Assembly (NCBI RefSeq): GCF_000016745.1
Contig: NC_009483.1
Span: 2,250,001 to 2,282,000, forward strand
DNA length: 32,000 nt
Origin: Geotalea uraniireducens Rf4
Lineage (GTDB): Bacteria > Desulfobacterota > Desulfuromonadia > Geobacterales > Geobacteraceae
Direction: 5' to 3'
Shown here: positions 1 to 8,264 of the stretch, piece after piece
How positions within the stretch are numbered: position 1 is the first letter of the stretch
How the letters are laid out: each line of letters begins with the position of its first letter
Translations under genes and position numbers: made by a program
The notes under the pieces: generated by a model
Databases searched by the model: none
Told to the model about the DNA's origin: nothing
What the model saw: only the letters and a program-made list of their open reading frames with translations

Positions 1-1
1 C

Positions 2-469
2 TACTGCATGACCATTGGTGTCGGTATGGGGCTCACTAAGGACGAAATGGACAACCTGTTGCTCTCCGCCATCCTGCATGACATTGGTAAAATCGGTGTG
101 CGGGACAGTATCCTCGGCAAGGAGGCCCCCCTTTCCCGGGATGAGGCGGCGGTCATGGGCAGCCATGCCCGCATCGGCGCCGATATCCTCCGGCATGTGC
201 GTACCTTGAAAAATGTCGTGCCGGCAGTGCTTTCCCATCACGAGAAGTTTGACGGTTCCGGTTATCCCGCCCGGTTGAGGGGGGATGATATTCCGCTTAA
301 TGCCCGTATCATCTCTGTGGCCGACACCTTCGACGCCATGACGACGGACCGCCCCTACCGCAAGGCCTTGAGTAAAGAGTCAGCCATGGCCGAACTGAGG
401 CGTTGCAGCGGTACCCAGTTCGACCCGACTGTGGTCGAAGCGTTTGTTGCCGCATCGGCTGCCGAATGA
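2..469 (+). CDS. HD-GYP domain (c-di-GMP) phosphodiesterase, C-terminal fragment; 5' end outside window
   Basis: The frame is open from the window edge (YCMTIGV...). Motifs HDIGK, HHEKFDGSGYP and DTFDAMTTDRPYR are present. Stop at 467-469. Confidence 0.85.
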   Translation, partial: YCMTIGVGMGLTKDEMDNLLLSAILHDIGKIGVRDSILGKEAPLSRDEAAVMGSHARIGADILRHVRTLKNVVPAVLSHHEKFDGSGYPARLRGDDIPLNARIISVADTFDAMTTDRPYRKALSKESAMAELRRCSGTQFDPTVVEAFVAASAAE

Positions 470-550
470 TTGAAAAGTATAAGTCGGGCTTGAGAACTTT
501 TCTCCGGCATGGTTTAATGAATGAAAGAGCCTGGTTAACGGGAGGTATCG

Positions 551-883
551 ATGCATGAAATGTCCATAACCCAAAGCGTGGTGGAGATCTGTACGCAAAA
601 TGCCGGCGGTCGACGGGTGACGGCGGTGATTCTTGAAATCGGCGATCTGTCCGGCGTAGTTCCTGATGCGATAGAGTTCTGTTTCGAGGCCTGTACCAGG
701 GATACCCAGTTGGATGGTGCACGACTGCTGATTGAGCGTGTTCAGGCTTTGGGCCGCTGTCGTGACTGCAAGGCTGAATTTGCGCTTTCTGCCTATTATG
801 ACCCTTGTCCGGCCTGCGGCGGCTTCGGGGTCGATGTCCTGTCCGGCGAAGAGCTCCGGGTAAAGGAGCTGGAGGTTGAGTAA
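551..883 (+). CDS. hypA: Hydrogenase nickel-insertion protein HypA
   Basis: 110 aa with an MHE N-terminus and a zinc motif CRDC-x12-CPAC. GGGAGG lies 6 nt upstream of the ATG. It sits next to the hydrogenase genes. Confidence 0.9.
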   Translation: MHEMSITQSVVEICTQNAGGRRVTAVILEIGDLSGVVPDAIEFCFEACTRDTQLDGARLLIERVQALGRCRDCKAEFALSAYYDPCPACGGFGVDVLSGEELRVKELEVE

Positions 884-1090
884 GCAACAGATGCCTTAGT
901 CCTGCCGTTGTTTTCAAATCTTTTTCAATCCCTGCCGATAAATTAGTATCCTTTCGTCTGGACAAAATGAACCATTCCCGGACAAAAATACCCAAAAAGT
1001 GTGCGGATAAAAATATCCAATTTTGCTGGACCGTATTGCATGCTCACGTATTTTCAATGGGTTATGACAATGCAGCTATTTGTAAACATT

Positions 1091-1106
1091 TGGCACGGCT
1101 GTTGCC
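1091..1106 (+). promoter_or_regulatory. Sigma-54 (RpoN) -24/-12 promoter upstream of hybS
   Basis: TGGCACGGCTGTTGCC matches the consensus TGGCACG-N4-TTGCW. GG is at 1092-1093 and GC at 1104-1105, with exactly 10 nt between them. It lies 38 nt upstream of the hybS ATG. An IHF-like TTTCAATGGGTTA is at about 1054-1066, and GGACAAAA direct repeats at 960 and 980 lie further upstream. Confidence 0.75.
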
Positions 1107-1142
1107 GTATACGTTGGGTTTATGATTATGTCAGGAGGTGTT

Positions 1143-2264
1143 ATGAAGAAAGAAGAAGATTTTTTGTGTGCAGGGGTATCCCGAAGAAGTTTTATGAAAA
1201 CCTGCATAACTGCCACGGCCATGATGGGGCTGCCGTTCAGCATGCATACCAAGGTTGCCGAAGCGATGGAGAAAAACGGCAACCCTTCGGTAATCTGGCT
1301 GCATTTCCAGGAATGTACCGGTTGTTCAGAGTCGCTCCTCAGGTCTACCCATCCGACAATTTCGACTCTGATCCTGGATATGATATCCCTCGACTATCAC
1401 GAGACGTTGATGGCCGGATCAGGCGCCCAGGCTGAAAAGTCGCTGCACGATTCGATGCTCGCCAACAAAGGCAAGTACTTGCTGGTTGTCGAAGGAGCGA
1501 TTCCGACCAAGGAGAGCGGCATTTATTGCAAGGTCGGCGGCAAGACTGCTCTCGAATCCTTGCAGCATGCGGCTTCAAATGCGGCTGCCATCATCTCCAT
1601 CGGCACCTGCGCATCTTACGGCGGAATCCAGTCTGTCGGCCCGAATCCCACCGGCGCCGTAGGGGTGCGGGATATCGTCAAGGACAAGCCGATCATCAAC
1701 ATTCCCGGCTGCCCTCCCAGTCCCTATAATCTGCTTTCCACCGTGATGTATTACCTGACGTTCAAAAAAATACCCGAGCTGGATGCACTCGGACGGCCGA
1801 AATTCGCTTACGGCAGAAAGATCCACGAGCATTGCGAGCGGCGGCCCCATTTCGATGCCGGCCGGTTTGCCAAGGCGTACGGTGATGATACCCATGCCCA
1901 GGGATACTGCTTGTTCAAGCTCGGCTGCAAGGGACCTGCAACCTATGCCAACTGTTCCGTACAGCGCTTTAATGAAGTTGGCGTCTGGCCGGTATCTGTC
2001 GGCCATCCCTGTATCGGCTGTACCGAGCCGGATGTGCTCTTTAAAATGGCGATTGCCGACAAGGTGCAGATACACGAACCTACTCCGTTTGACAGTTATG
2101 CACCGGTAGATTTGAAGGAAAAAGGTAAGGGTCCGGAACCGTTGACCACGGGCTTTGTCGGACTTGCTGCGGGCGCTGCCCTTGGGGCCGGAGCAATGCT
2201 GGCCAAAAAGCTGCCGAAAGATGATGGCCACAAGGAGGACGACCACCATGAAGAACAAGAGTAG
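1143..2264 (+). CDS. hybS: [NiFe] hydrogenase small subunit (periplasmic, Tat-exported)
   Basis: AGGAGG at 1133-1138 precedes the ATG at 1143. Twin-arginine signal SRRSFMK. Cys motifs CTGCSES, GTCASYGG, GCPP and CIGC. The ORF-track start at 1122 has no RBS. Confidence 0.92.
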   Translation: MKKEEDFLCAGVSRRSFMKTCITATAMMGLPFSMHTKVAEAMEKNGNPSVIWLHFQECTGCSESLLRSTHPTISTLILDMISLDYHETLMAGSGAQAEKSLHDSMLANKGKYLLVVEGAIPTKESGIYCKVGGKTALESLQHAASNAAAIISIGTCASYGGIQSVGPNPTGAVGVRDIVKDKPIINIPGCPPSPYNLLSTVMYYLTFKKIPELDALGRPKFAYGRKIHEHCERRPHFDAGRFAKAYGDDTHAQGYCLFKLGCKGPATYANCSVQRFNEVGVWPVSVGHPCIGCTEPDVLFKMAIADKVQIHEPTPFDSYAPVDLKEKGKGPEPLTTGFVGLAAGAALGAGAMLAKKLPKDDGHKEDDHHEEQE

Positions 2265-3183
2265 GAGAGAGTTCCTCAAGTTGGTCGGTGTGACCGGAGC
2301 AGGCCTTCTGACCGGTGCAGCTACTGCCAGCGGATCGGAAGGGCTGCATGTGAATAACGAGGAGATCGGCATGCTCTATGACGCCACCAAGTGCGTCGGC
2401 TGCAAGGCTTGCATGGCAGCCTGCAAGCGGGTCAACGGCGACTACGGCAGTCTTTCTTATGAAAAAGCCAAGTTCGATCCCGATGGGCTGTGGGATGCGC
2501 CGACCGACCTTTCCGGCAGCACCCGGACCCTGATCAAGCTGTTCAAGGAGTCCGAAAGCCGCTGGTCGTACGTGAAATATTCCTGCATGCATTGCCAGAA
2601 GCCGTCCTGTGTCTCGGTCTGCCCGGTCAGCGCCATGACCAAGGACAAGGTGAGCGGCGTCGTCGATTACAACAAAAACACCTGCATCGGTTGTCGCTAC
2701 TGCCAGGTGGCATGTGCCTTCAATATCCCCAAATTCCAGTGGGAAAAGTCGATCCCGCAGATCGTCAAATGTGATCTCTGCAAGAATACCAATCTGCGCG
2801 AGAAGGGGATTTCCGCCTGCGCCGAGGTCTGTCCGGTAGGGGCGATCAAGTTCGGCAAGCGCAAGGATCTCTTGCAGGAGGCGAAAACCAGGCTGCGGGA
2901 AAACCCCGACAAATACATCGCCCATGTCTATGGCGAGCACGAAGCAGGCGGCACCAATCACCTTTACCTGGCCTCCATGCCGTTCAACAAGCTGGGCTTG
3001 CCGGATATAAAGCCGCAGGCTCCGGCTGAATTTTCCGAGAAGATCCAGCACACCATCTACAAAGGGTTCATTGCCCCGGTCGCCCTCTACAGCACCCTCT
3101 GTTTCATAGCCGTCAAGAACATGAAAAAGCACGACAAAACCGATGACCATGACAAGCGGAAGCATGACGGGGAGGAGCGATAA
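2248..3183 (+). CDS. hybA: Hydrogenase 4Fe-4S ferredoxin-type subunit HybA (Tat signal, C-terminal TM anchor)
   Basis: AAGGAGGA at 2232-2239 precedes the start at MKNKSRREFLK (RR signal). Four Cys clusters: CVGCKACMAAC, CMHCQKPSCVSVCP, CIGCRYCQVAC and CDLC...CAEVCP. A hydrophobic C-terminal helix is present. The gene overlaps the hybS stop. Confidence 0.9.
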   Translation: MKNKSRREFLKLVGVTGAGLLTGAATASGSEGLHVNNEEIGMLYDATKCVGCKACMAACKRVNGDYGSLSYEKAKFDPDGLWDAPTDLSGSTRTLIKLFKESESRWSYVKYSCMHCQKPSCVSVCPVSAMTKDKVSGVVDYNKNTCIGCRYCQVACAFNIPKFQWEKSIPQIVKCDLCKNTNLREKGISACAEVCPVGAIKFGKRKDLLQEAKTRLRENPDKYIAHVYGEHEAGGTNHLYLASMPFNKLGLPDIKPQAPAEFSEKIQHTIYKGFIAPVALYSTLCFIAVKNMKKHDKTDDHDKRKHDGEER

Positions 3184-4499
3184 TGGGACATAATGACGAA
3201 TATCAGAAACTTGAAGGCAAGATTTTCACCAAGTCGTTTTTTATACTCCTTTTTGTCGTTCTTGTCGGCTTCTTCTTTGTCGGCGTACGTTACGTAAAGG
3301 GGATCGGTGCGGTTTCCAACATGAGCGACGGTTATCCATGGGGGATCTGGATCACCTACGACGTTGCCACCGGCACCGCCATTGCCTGCGGCGGCTATGC
3401 CGTGGCGATCCTGGTCTACATCCGCAACCGGATGCAGTATCATCCGCTGATCCGCTCCGCCATTCTCACCAGCATGTTCGGCTACGGCCTGGCCGGATTT
3501 TCCGTCATGGTCGACCTGGGGAGACCATGGAACGCCTATAACTTCTTCATCCCGTCCAAGTGGCAGGCCAATTCCGCCATGTTCGAGGTTGCGCTCTGCG
3601 TTATGGCTTATTCGACGGTGCTCATCATCGAGTTCCTTCCGGCCATCCTTACCACCATAGAAACCACCAAATGGGAGCGGATACACAAGATAGGCGAGTG
3701 GCTCCACCCCAGGATCGCTCCCGATGCGCAAAATATGGCGAACAGGCTGGAGTGGGTCAAGGTTGGTGCAGCCTGGCTCAAACCGCGGCTGAACAAGGTG
3801 TTGATATTTTTCATCGTCCTTGGCATTACTCTGCCGACCATGCACCAGTCGTCGCTCGGGTCGCTTCTCCTGATCGCCTCCACCAAGCTGCATCCGTTGT
3901 GGCACACCGGCTTCCTGCCGTTGCTGTTCCTCATCAACTGTGTCTTTATCGGCTATGCAATCGCCATACTGGAGTCCATCATCTCCTGCTACTCTTTCAA
4001 ACGCCCGTTCGAGGTGGAGGAACTCGCCGGCCTTGCCGGCCTGATCCCTTGGGTGACCGTCATCTGGTTGTCGGTGGTGGTCGGTGACCTGGTCAACCGG
4101 GGGCAGATGGGTGCTGCGCTCAAGCTGGACTTTTATTCGGGCTTTTTCCTGACGGAATTCCTGCTGGTTGGAATCGGCTCGACCATACTCTTCAGCAGGA
4201 AAAACCGCCGTTCGCCCCGCTGGCTGTTCGTCAGCGCTGCAATGATCGTTCTCGGCGGAGCCCTTTACCGTTTCAACGTTTATCTGATCGGTTTCAATCC
4301 CGGCAAGGGATGGAGATACTTCCCTTCTTTCGCCGAGATCATGATCACCGTCGGCATCGTCGCGCTGGAGATTCTCGGTTACAAGGTGTTCGTAAAGATC
4401 TTCCCGGTACTACCCAATGCTGCCAAGCATGGCGGCCCAAATCGGCACGATGGGAAGACGGCTCCGATCGCTGCGGGCAGCATGGAATTTGGAAAATAA
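3183..4499 (+). CDS. hybB: Hydrogenase integral-membrane subunit HybB (NrfD/PsrC-like)
   Basis: 438 aa, strongly hydrophobic with many predicted TM helices. Its start overlaps the hybA stop in an ATAATG arrangement. It lies between hybA and the large subunit. Confidence 0.88.
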   Translation: MGHNDEYQKLEGKIFTKSFFILLFVVLVGFFFVGVRYVKGIGAVSNMSDGYPWGIWITYDVATGTAIACGGYAVAILVYIRNRMQYHPLIRSAILTSMFGYGLAGFSVMVDLGRPWNAYNFFIPSKWQANSAMFEVALCVMAYSTVLIIEFLPAILTTIETTKWERIHKIGEWLHPRIAPDAQNMANRLEWVKVGAAWLKPRLNKVLIFFIVLGITLPTMHQSSLGSLLLIASTKLHPLWHTGFLPLLFLINCVFIGYAIAILESIISCYSFKRPFEVEELAGLAGLIPWVTVIWLSVVVGDLVNRGQMGAALKLDFYSGFFLTEFLLVGIGSTILFSRKNRRSPRWLFVSAAMIVLGGALYRFNVYLIGFNPGKGWRYFPSFAEIMITVGIVALEILGYKVFVKIFPVLPNAAKHGGPNRHDGKTAPIAAGSMEFGK

Positions 4500-4500
4500 T

Positions 4501-4719
4501 CAGCGTTGTCCGGTTTGGTTTTTACTTACGTCCCGTAGGGACAGAATACTGGTAGCCGGGGAATTCATTCCCCGGTCATCCAGGCGAAATATCATCACGT
4601 CACGTACGTGACGTGGGGAAATATAGCATCTCATCCGGGGGATGAATCCCCCGGCTACATTCGAACGCCCCTAATGGGGCTTAACAACCTTGATGCACAA
4701 ACCAAACCGGACAACGCTG
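4501..4719. mobile_element. MITE-like non-autonomous element (family A) inserted between hybB and hybL
   Basis: 21-bp terminal inverted repeats: CAGCGTTGTCCGGTTTGGTTT (4501-4521) and AAACCAAACCGGACAACGCTG (4699-4719). A 9-bp direct duplication GAAAATAAT flanks the element (4492-4500 and 4720-4728). Internal palindromes are CCGGGGAATTCATTCCCCGG, CACGTCACGTACGTGACGTG and CCGGGGGATGAATCCCCCGG. There is no coding capacity. Confidence 0.8.
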
Positions 4720-4747
4720 GAAAATAATCTAACTTTTGGAGGAATAA

Positions 4748-6430
4748 ATGTCTACAAGAATTACCCTGGATCCCATAACCCGTATCGAAGGGCACCTGCG
4801 GATCGATGTTGAAGTTAACGGCGGTAAAGTTTCCAATGCCTGGTCTTCTGCCCAGATGTGGCGGGGGATCGAAGTGATACTGAAGGGGCGTCCACCGGAA
4901 GACGCCTGGTCATTCGCCCAGCGCTTCTGCGGCGTCTGTACCACGGTCCATGCCATCTCTTCCATCCGTTCCGTGGAACACGCGCTGAAAGTGGAAGTGC
5001 CGCTCAACGCACAGTACATCCGCAATATCATGATCGCCCAGCACTCGGTGCAGGATCACATCGTTCATTTCTACCACCTGTCGGCCCTTGACTGGGTGGA
5101 TATCGTCTCCGCGCTGAAGGCCGATCCGAAAAAGACCGCCCAGGTCGCCCAGAGTATCTCCGATTGGCCCGGCAACAGCGAGAAGGAATTCAAGGCAGTG
5201 CAGGACAAGCTGAAAAGCTTCGTCGCCGGCGGCAAACTCGGCATCTTCGCTTCCGGCTACTGGGGGCATCCGGCCATGAAACTCCCCCCCGAGGTCAATC
5301 TGCTGGCCGTTGCCCATTACCTGAAGGCACTCGATTATCAGCGCAAGGCAGCACAGGCTGTGGCGATCCTCGGCGGGAAAAACCCCCATGTCCAGAACCT
5401 GGTGGTCGGCGGCGTTGCCACGGCAATCAACATGGAAAACCTCGCCACCCTCAACATGGAAAGGCTCGTCTATCTCAAAACCCTGATGGAGGAAACCAGG
5501 GATTTCGTGCAGAAGGTCTATTACCCCGACATGCTGGCCATAGCCTCTGCTTACAAGGATTGGTTCAAGTACGGGGCAGGGGTTACCAACTACCTGGCCG
5601 TGCCCGAGTTCCCGGAAGACACCCGAAACACCAAGTTCGCACTTAACGGCGGCATCATCACCGCCGGCAACCTGGCCGCCATGCGACCGGTCAAGGACCA
5701 TCACGACGAGTACCTGATCAACAACGTCAAGGAATCGGTCGCCCATGCCTGGTACGAAGGCACCTCCAGCCTCCATCCATGGGAAGGGGAGACCAAGCCG
5801 AATTACACCGACTTCAAGGAAAACGAAAAATACTCCTGGTGCAAGGCTCCCCGTCTTGACGGTAAACCGGTACAGGTAGGTCCTCCGGCACAGATCTTCG
5901 CTGCCTATGCTGCCGGTAATCCCAAGGTGAAGAAACTGGTGGACAGCGCCAATTCAACCATCGGTATCGGCATGAAAGACTACCATTCCACCATGGGCAG
6001 GCTTTTGGCCCGCGCCCAGAGGGCTCACCTCATGGCGGACATTTCCCTGGACAACCTGGACAAGCTGATCGCCAACATCGCTTCCGGCGACAAGGTCTAT
6101 GCAAACCATACCGAAATACCCAAGGGAGAATACCGTGGGGTCGGTTTCCACGAGGCGCCGCGCGGCACCCTGTCCCATTGGATCGTTATCAAGAACCGGA
6201 AAATAGAGAATTATCAGGCGGTAGTGCCTTCCACCTGGAACGCATCCCCGCGCGACGAAAAGGGCGCCTTGGGCCCTTATGAGGCGTCGCTGGTTGGGAA
6301 CCCGGTTGCCCAGGCAGACAAACCGCTCGAAGTGCTGCGGACCGTTCATTCCTTCGATCCCTGTATTGCCTGCGCCGTGCATGCAATCGACCCGGAAGGG
6401 AAGGAAATCACCAAGGTGAAGGTGCTTTAG
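4748..6430 (+). CDS. hybL: [NiFe] hydrogenase large subunit
   Basis: RBS GGAGGAA. N-terminal RIEGH and RFCGVCTTVH motifs, and C-terminal DPCIACAVH followed by a 15-aa extension (the protease substrate). Cys, not Sec, at the active site. Confidence 0.95.
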   Translation: MSTRITLDPITRIEGHLRIDVEVNGGKVSNAWSSAQMWRGIEVILKGRPPEDAWSFAQRFCGVCTTVHAISSIRSVEHALKVEVPLNAQYIRNIMIAQHSVQDHIVHFYHLSALDWVDIVSALKADPKKTAQVAQSISDWPGNSEKEFKAVQDKLKSFVAGGKLGIFASGYWGHPAMKLPPEVNLLAVAHYLKALDYQRKAAQAVAILGGKNPHVQNLVVGGVATAINMENLATLNMERLVYLKTLMEETRDFVQKVYYPDMLAIASAYKDWFKYGAGVTNYLAVPEFPEDTRNTKFALNGGIITAGNLAAMRPVKDHHDEYLINNVKESVAHAWYEGTSSLHPWEGETKPNYTDFKENEKYSWCKAPRLDGKPVQVGPPAQIFAAYAAGNPKVKKLVDSANSTIGIGMKDYHSTMGRLLARAQRAHLMADISLDNLDKLIANIASGDKVYANHTEIPKGEYRGVGFHEAPRGTLSHWIVIKNRKIENYQAVVPSTWNASPRDEKGALGPYEASLVGNPVAQADKPLEVLRTVHSFDPCIACAVHAIDPEGKEITKVKVL

Positions 6431-6510
6431 TCCCTTAGAAAAATTATTTGCATGTTTTTTGCGAAGAATTTTTCGTGAAGGGACTTATCCCGTTCATCGG
6501 GGTTAGGGCG
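6427..6510. repeat. 84-bp intergenic repeat, copy 1 (downstream of hybL, upstream of hybP)
   Basis: 83/84 nt identical to 7396-7479. Contains the inverted repeat AGTCCCTT (6429-6436) / AAGGGACT (6478-6485) and a small CCCG-TTCAT-CGGG hairpin. Confidence 0.85.
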
Positions 6511-6514
6511 TGAA

Positions 6515-6573
6515 CGGTGAAAGGTGAAAAAGTCTTTTATCAACAACCGACTCTTCACCTTTCACCGCTTTTT
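6515..6573 (+). terminator. Strong hairpin plus T-run between hybL and hybP (internal attenuator or terminator candidate)
   Basis: CGGTGAAAGGTGAA (6515-6528) pairs perfectly with TTCACCTTTCACCG (6554-6567), a 14-bp stem extended by AGTC/GACT. It is followed by CTTTTT at 6568-6573. Confidence 0.5.
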
Positions 6574-6585
6574 AAGGAGAAGTAT

Positions 6586-7086
6586 ATGAATATTCTGATT
6601 TTCGGCGCCGGCAATCTGATCCTCTCCGATGAAGGTTTCGGCGTCCATTTTGTCAACTACATGGCAGAGCATTATTTTCTGCCGGAAAATGTCGAGCTTT
6701 ATGACGGCGGCACCCTCGGGATCATGGTAACCCATAAGTTTGAAGAGGCCGACAAGGTCTTTCTCGTCGATATTGTCGATGCCCCAGGGAAGCCTGGCGA
6801 GATCCACAGGTATAAAAAAGAAGACATCATGCTGAATAAAATTCCGGTCAAGATGTCGCCCCATCAGATAGGCATCCAGGAGATGCTGCTGATCAGCGAG
6901 ATGCGGGGCGCGTGTCCCGACGACCTGACCTTCTTCGGCATAATCCCTGAGTCGCTGGAGCCGGGAAACGAACTGTCGCCGGCTCTGCAAGCCGGGCTGG
7001 CCCAAATTGCCCGCCTGGTTGCGGCGGAGTTGGGCGAAGCAGGCATCGAGATAACCGCTAAGGAACAACCAATCGTAAAACGATAA
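6586..7086 (+). CDS. hybP: Hydrogenase maturation endopeptidase (HybD/HyaD family)
   Basis: AAGGAGAAG precedes the ATG at 6586. N-terminus [21 protein letters not shown] fits GxGNxxxxD(D/E)GxG. The ORF-track start at 6517 lies inside the hairpin region. Confidence 0.88.
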   Translation: MNILIFGAGNLILSDEGFGVHFVNYMAEHYFLPENVELYDGGTLGIMVTHKFEEADKVFLVDIVDAPGKPGEIHRYKKEDIMLNKIPVKMSPHQIGIQEMLLISEMRGACPDDLTFFGIIPESLEPGNELSPALQAGLAQIARLVAAELGEAGIEITAKEQPIVKR

Positions 7087-7097
7087 GGAGAGAATAT

Positions 7098-7265
7098 ATG
7101 TTTGGAATCGGAATGCCGGAATTATTTATCATCCTTGCCATCGCCCTCGTCGTCACCGGACCCAGCAAGCTGCCGCAGATCGGTCAGGCCCTGGGGAGCA
7201 GTATCAGGGGCTTCAAAAAAGCGGTGAACGGCGATGACGTGGTCAAGATAGACGACAGCAAATAG
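7098..7265 (+). CDS. tatA: Twin-arginine translocase subunit TatA/E (55 aa, below the ORF-track cutoff)
   Basis: AAGGAGAG is upstream. The translation is [55 protein letters not shown], with the typical TatA TM helix, the GP-KLP hinge and an amphipathic helix. Confidence 0.85.
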   Translation: MFGIGMPELFIILAIALVVTGPSKLPQIGQALGSSIRGFKKAVNGDDVVKIDDSK

Positions 7266-7395
7266 CGTCCGTATGCACTCAGGGCAAACCATGCCTCCGA
7301 TTGAGGCGAAGCCTTGACCTTTGCCGTTCAATGCTATACGCTTACGAAGAAGTTTTTGAGAGTTACGCCGCTTCCGGTTTTCGGGCGGATGATGA

Positions 7396-7479
7396 TTAGT
7401 CCCTTAGAAAAATTATTTGCATGTTTTTTGCGAAGAATTTTTCGTGAAGGGACTTATCCCGTTCATCGGGGTTTGGGCG
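7396..7479. repeat. 84-bp intergenic repeat, copy 2 (upstream of hypB)
   Basis: 83/84 nt identical to 6427-6510, with the single mismatch at 7474. It ends 20 nt before the hypB ATG. Confidence 0.85.
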
Positions 7480-7499
7480 AAACACGGAGGTTGAAATAT

Positions 7500-8261
7500 A
7501 TGTGTACCACCTGTGGCTGCGGCCCGGATGATCACCAGCATAACCACGAACATGGCCATCACCATCATGGTCACCACGAAGCCGACCCGCACCATCATGT
7601 AACCGATCCCGCGGCCAAGAAAATATCCATAGAAACGGACATCCTGGCAAAAAACAACCGCCTGGCCCAAGGGAACCGGGCGCTTTTCGGGTCGAAGAAT
7701 ATTTTTGCCTTGAATCTGGTCAGTTCTCCCGGTTCTGGAAAGACCACCATTCTCGAACGGACGCTCAAGGATTTGGGTGAGAAATTCCATTGCGCCGTTA
7801 TCGAGGGTGACCAGCAGACCGATAACGATGCCGTGCGCATAGCGGCAACAGGCGTGCCGGTAAAGCAGGTCAACACGGGCGCCGGCTGCCATCTGGACGC
7901 CCACATGGTCTGTCACGCGGTCGATGGTTTCGATCTTGACAACCTGGAGCTGCTCTTTATCGAGAATGTAGGCAACCTGGTCTGCCCAGCCTCCTTCGAC
8001 CTGGGTGAAAATCACAAGGTGGTGGTGCTGAGCGTCACCGAAGGGGAGGACAAACCGCTCAAATATCCGCAGATGTTCCATGCCGCTGACGTAATGCTCC
8101 TCAACAAGACGGATCTCCTCCCCCATCTGGATTTCGATGTGGAGAAATGCAAGGAAATGGCCCGACGGGTCAGTCCGGGTATTTTGATCTTCGAGGTTTC
8201 CAGCAAAACCGGGGCAGGGATGAGTGTCTGGTACGATTGGCTGATATCGGCAATGAGGTGA
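7500..8261 (+). CDS. hypB: Hydrogenase nickel-incorporation GTPase HypB
   Basis: GGAGG at 7486-7490. N-terminal MCTTCGCG Ni site, a His-rich tract ([22 protein letters not shown]) and the P-loop GSPGSGKTT. The ORF-track start at 7314 reads through the repeat. Confidence 0.92.
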   Translation: MCTTCGCGPDDHQHNHEHGHHHHGHHEADPHHHVTDPAAKKISIETDILAKNNRLAQGNRALFGSKNIFALNLVSSPGSGKTTILERTLKDLGEKFHCAVIEGDQQTDNDAVRIAATGVPVKQVNTGAGCHLDAHMVCHAVDGFDLDNLELLFIENVGNLVCPASFDLGENHKVVVLSVTEGEDKPLKYPQMFHAADVMLLNKTDLLPHLDFDVEKCKEMARRVSPGILIFEVSSKTGAGMSVWYDWLISAMR

Positions 8262-8264
8262 GGA

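Noticed and set aside
1001-1435. The 144-aa + strand ORF spanning the hyb promoter, and the alternative long starts for hybS (1122), hybA (2155), hybP (6517), hypB (7314), hypD (11059) and both maturases (23085 and 24935).
   Set aside because: The extensions cross promoters, repeats or hairpins and lack an RBS. The family-typical N-termini (Tat signals, [16 protein letters not shown] and so on) begin at internal ATGs with good Shine-Dalgarno sequences.
6360-6390. Possible selenocysteine ([NiFeSe]) in the large subunit C-terminal motif.
   Set aside because: The motif reads DPCIACAVH with ordinary Cys codons and no in-frame TGA.
7314-7342. TTGACC at 7314 as the -35 box of a sigma-70 promoter for hypB.
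   Set aside because: No acceptable -10 hexamer lies at 16-18 nt spacing.
7331-7399. A 22-aa ORF ([22 protein letters not shown]) that ends at the TAG opening copy 2 of the 84-bp repeat, mirroring the hybL stop at copy 1.
   Set aside because: It has no RBS, and the TAG coincidence is more simply part of the repeat itself.
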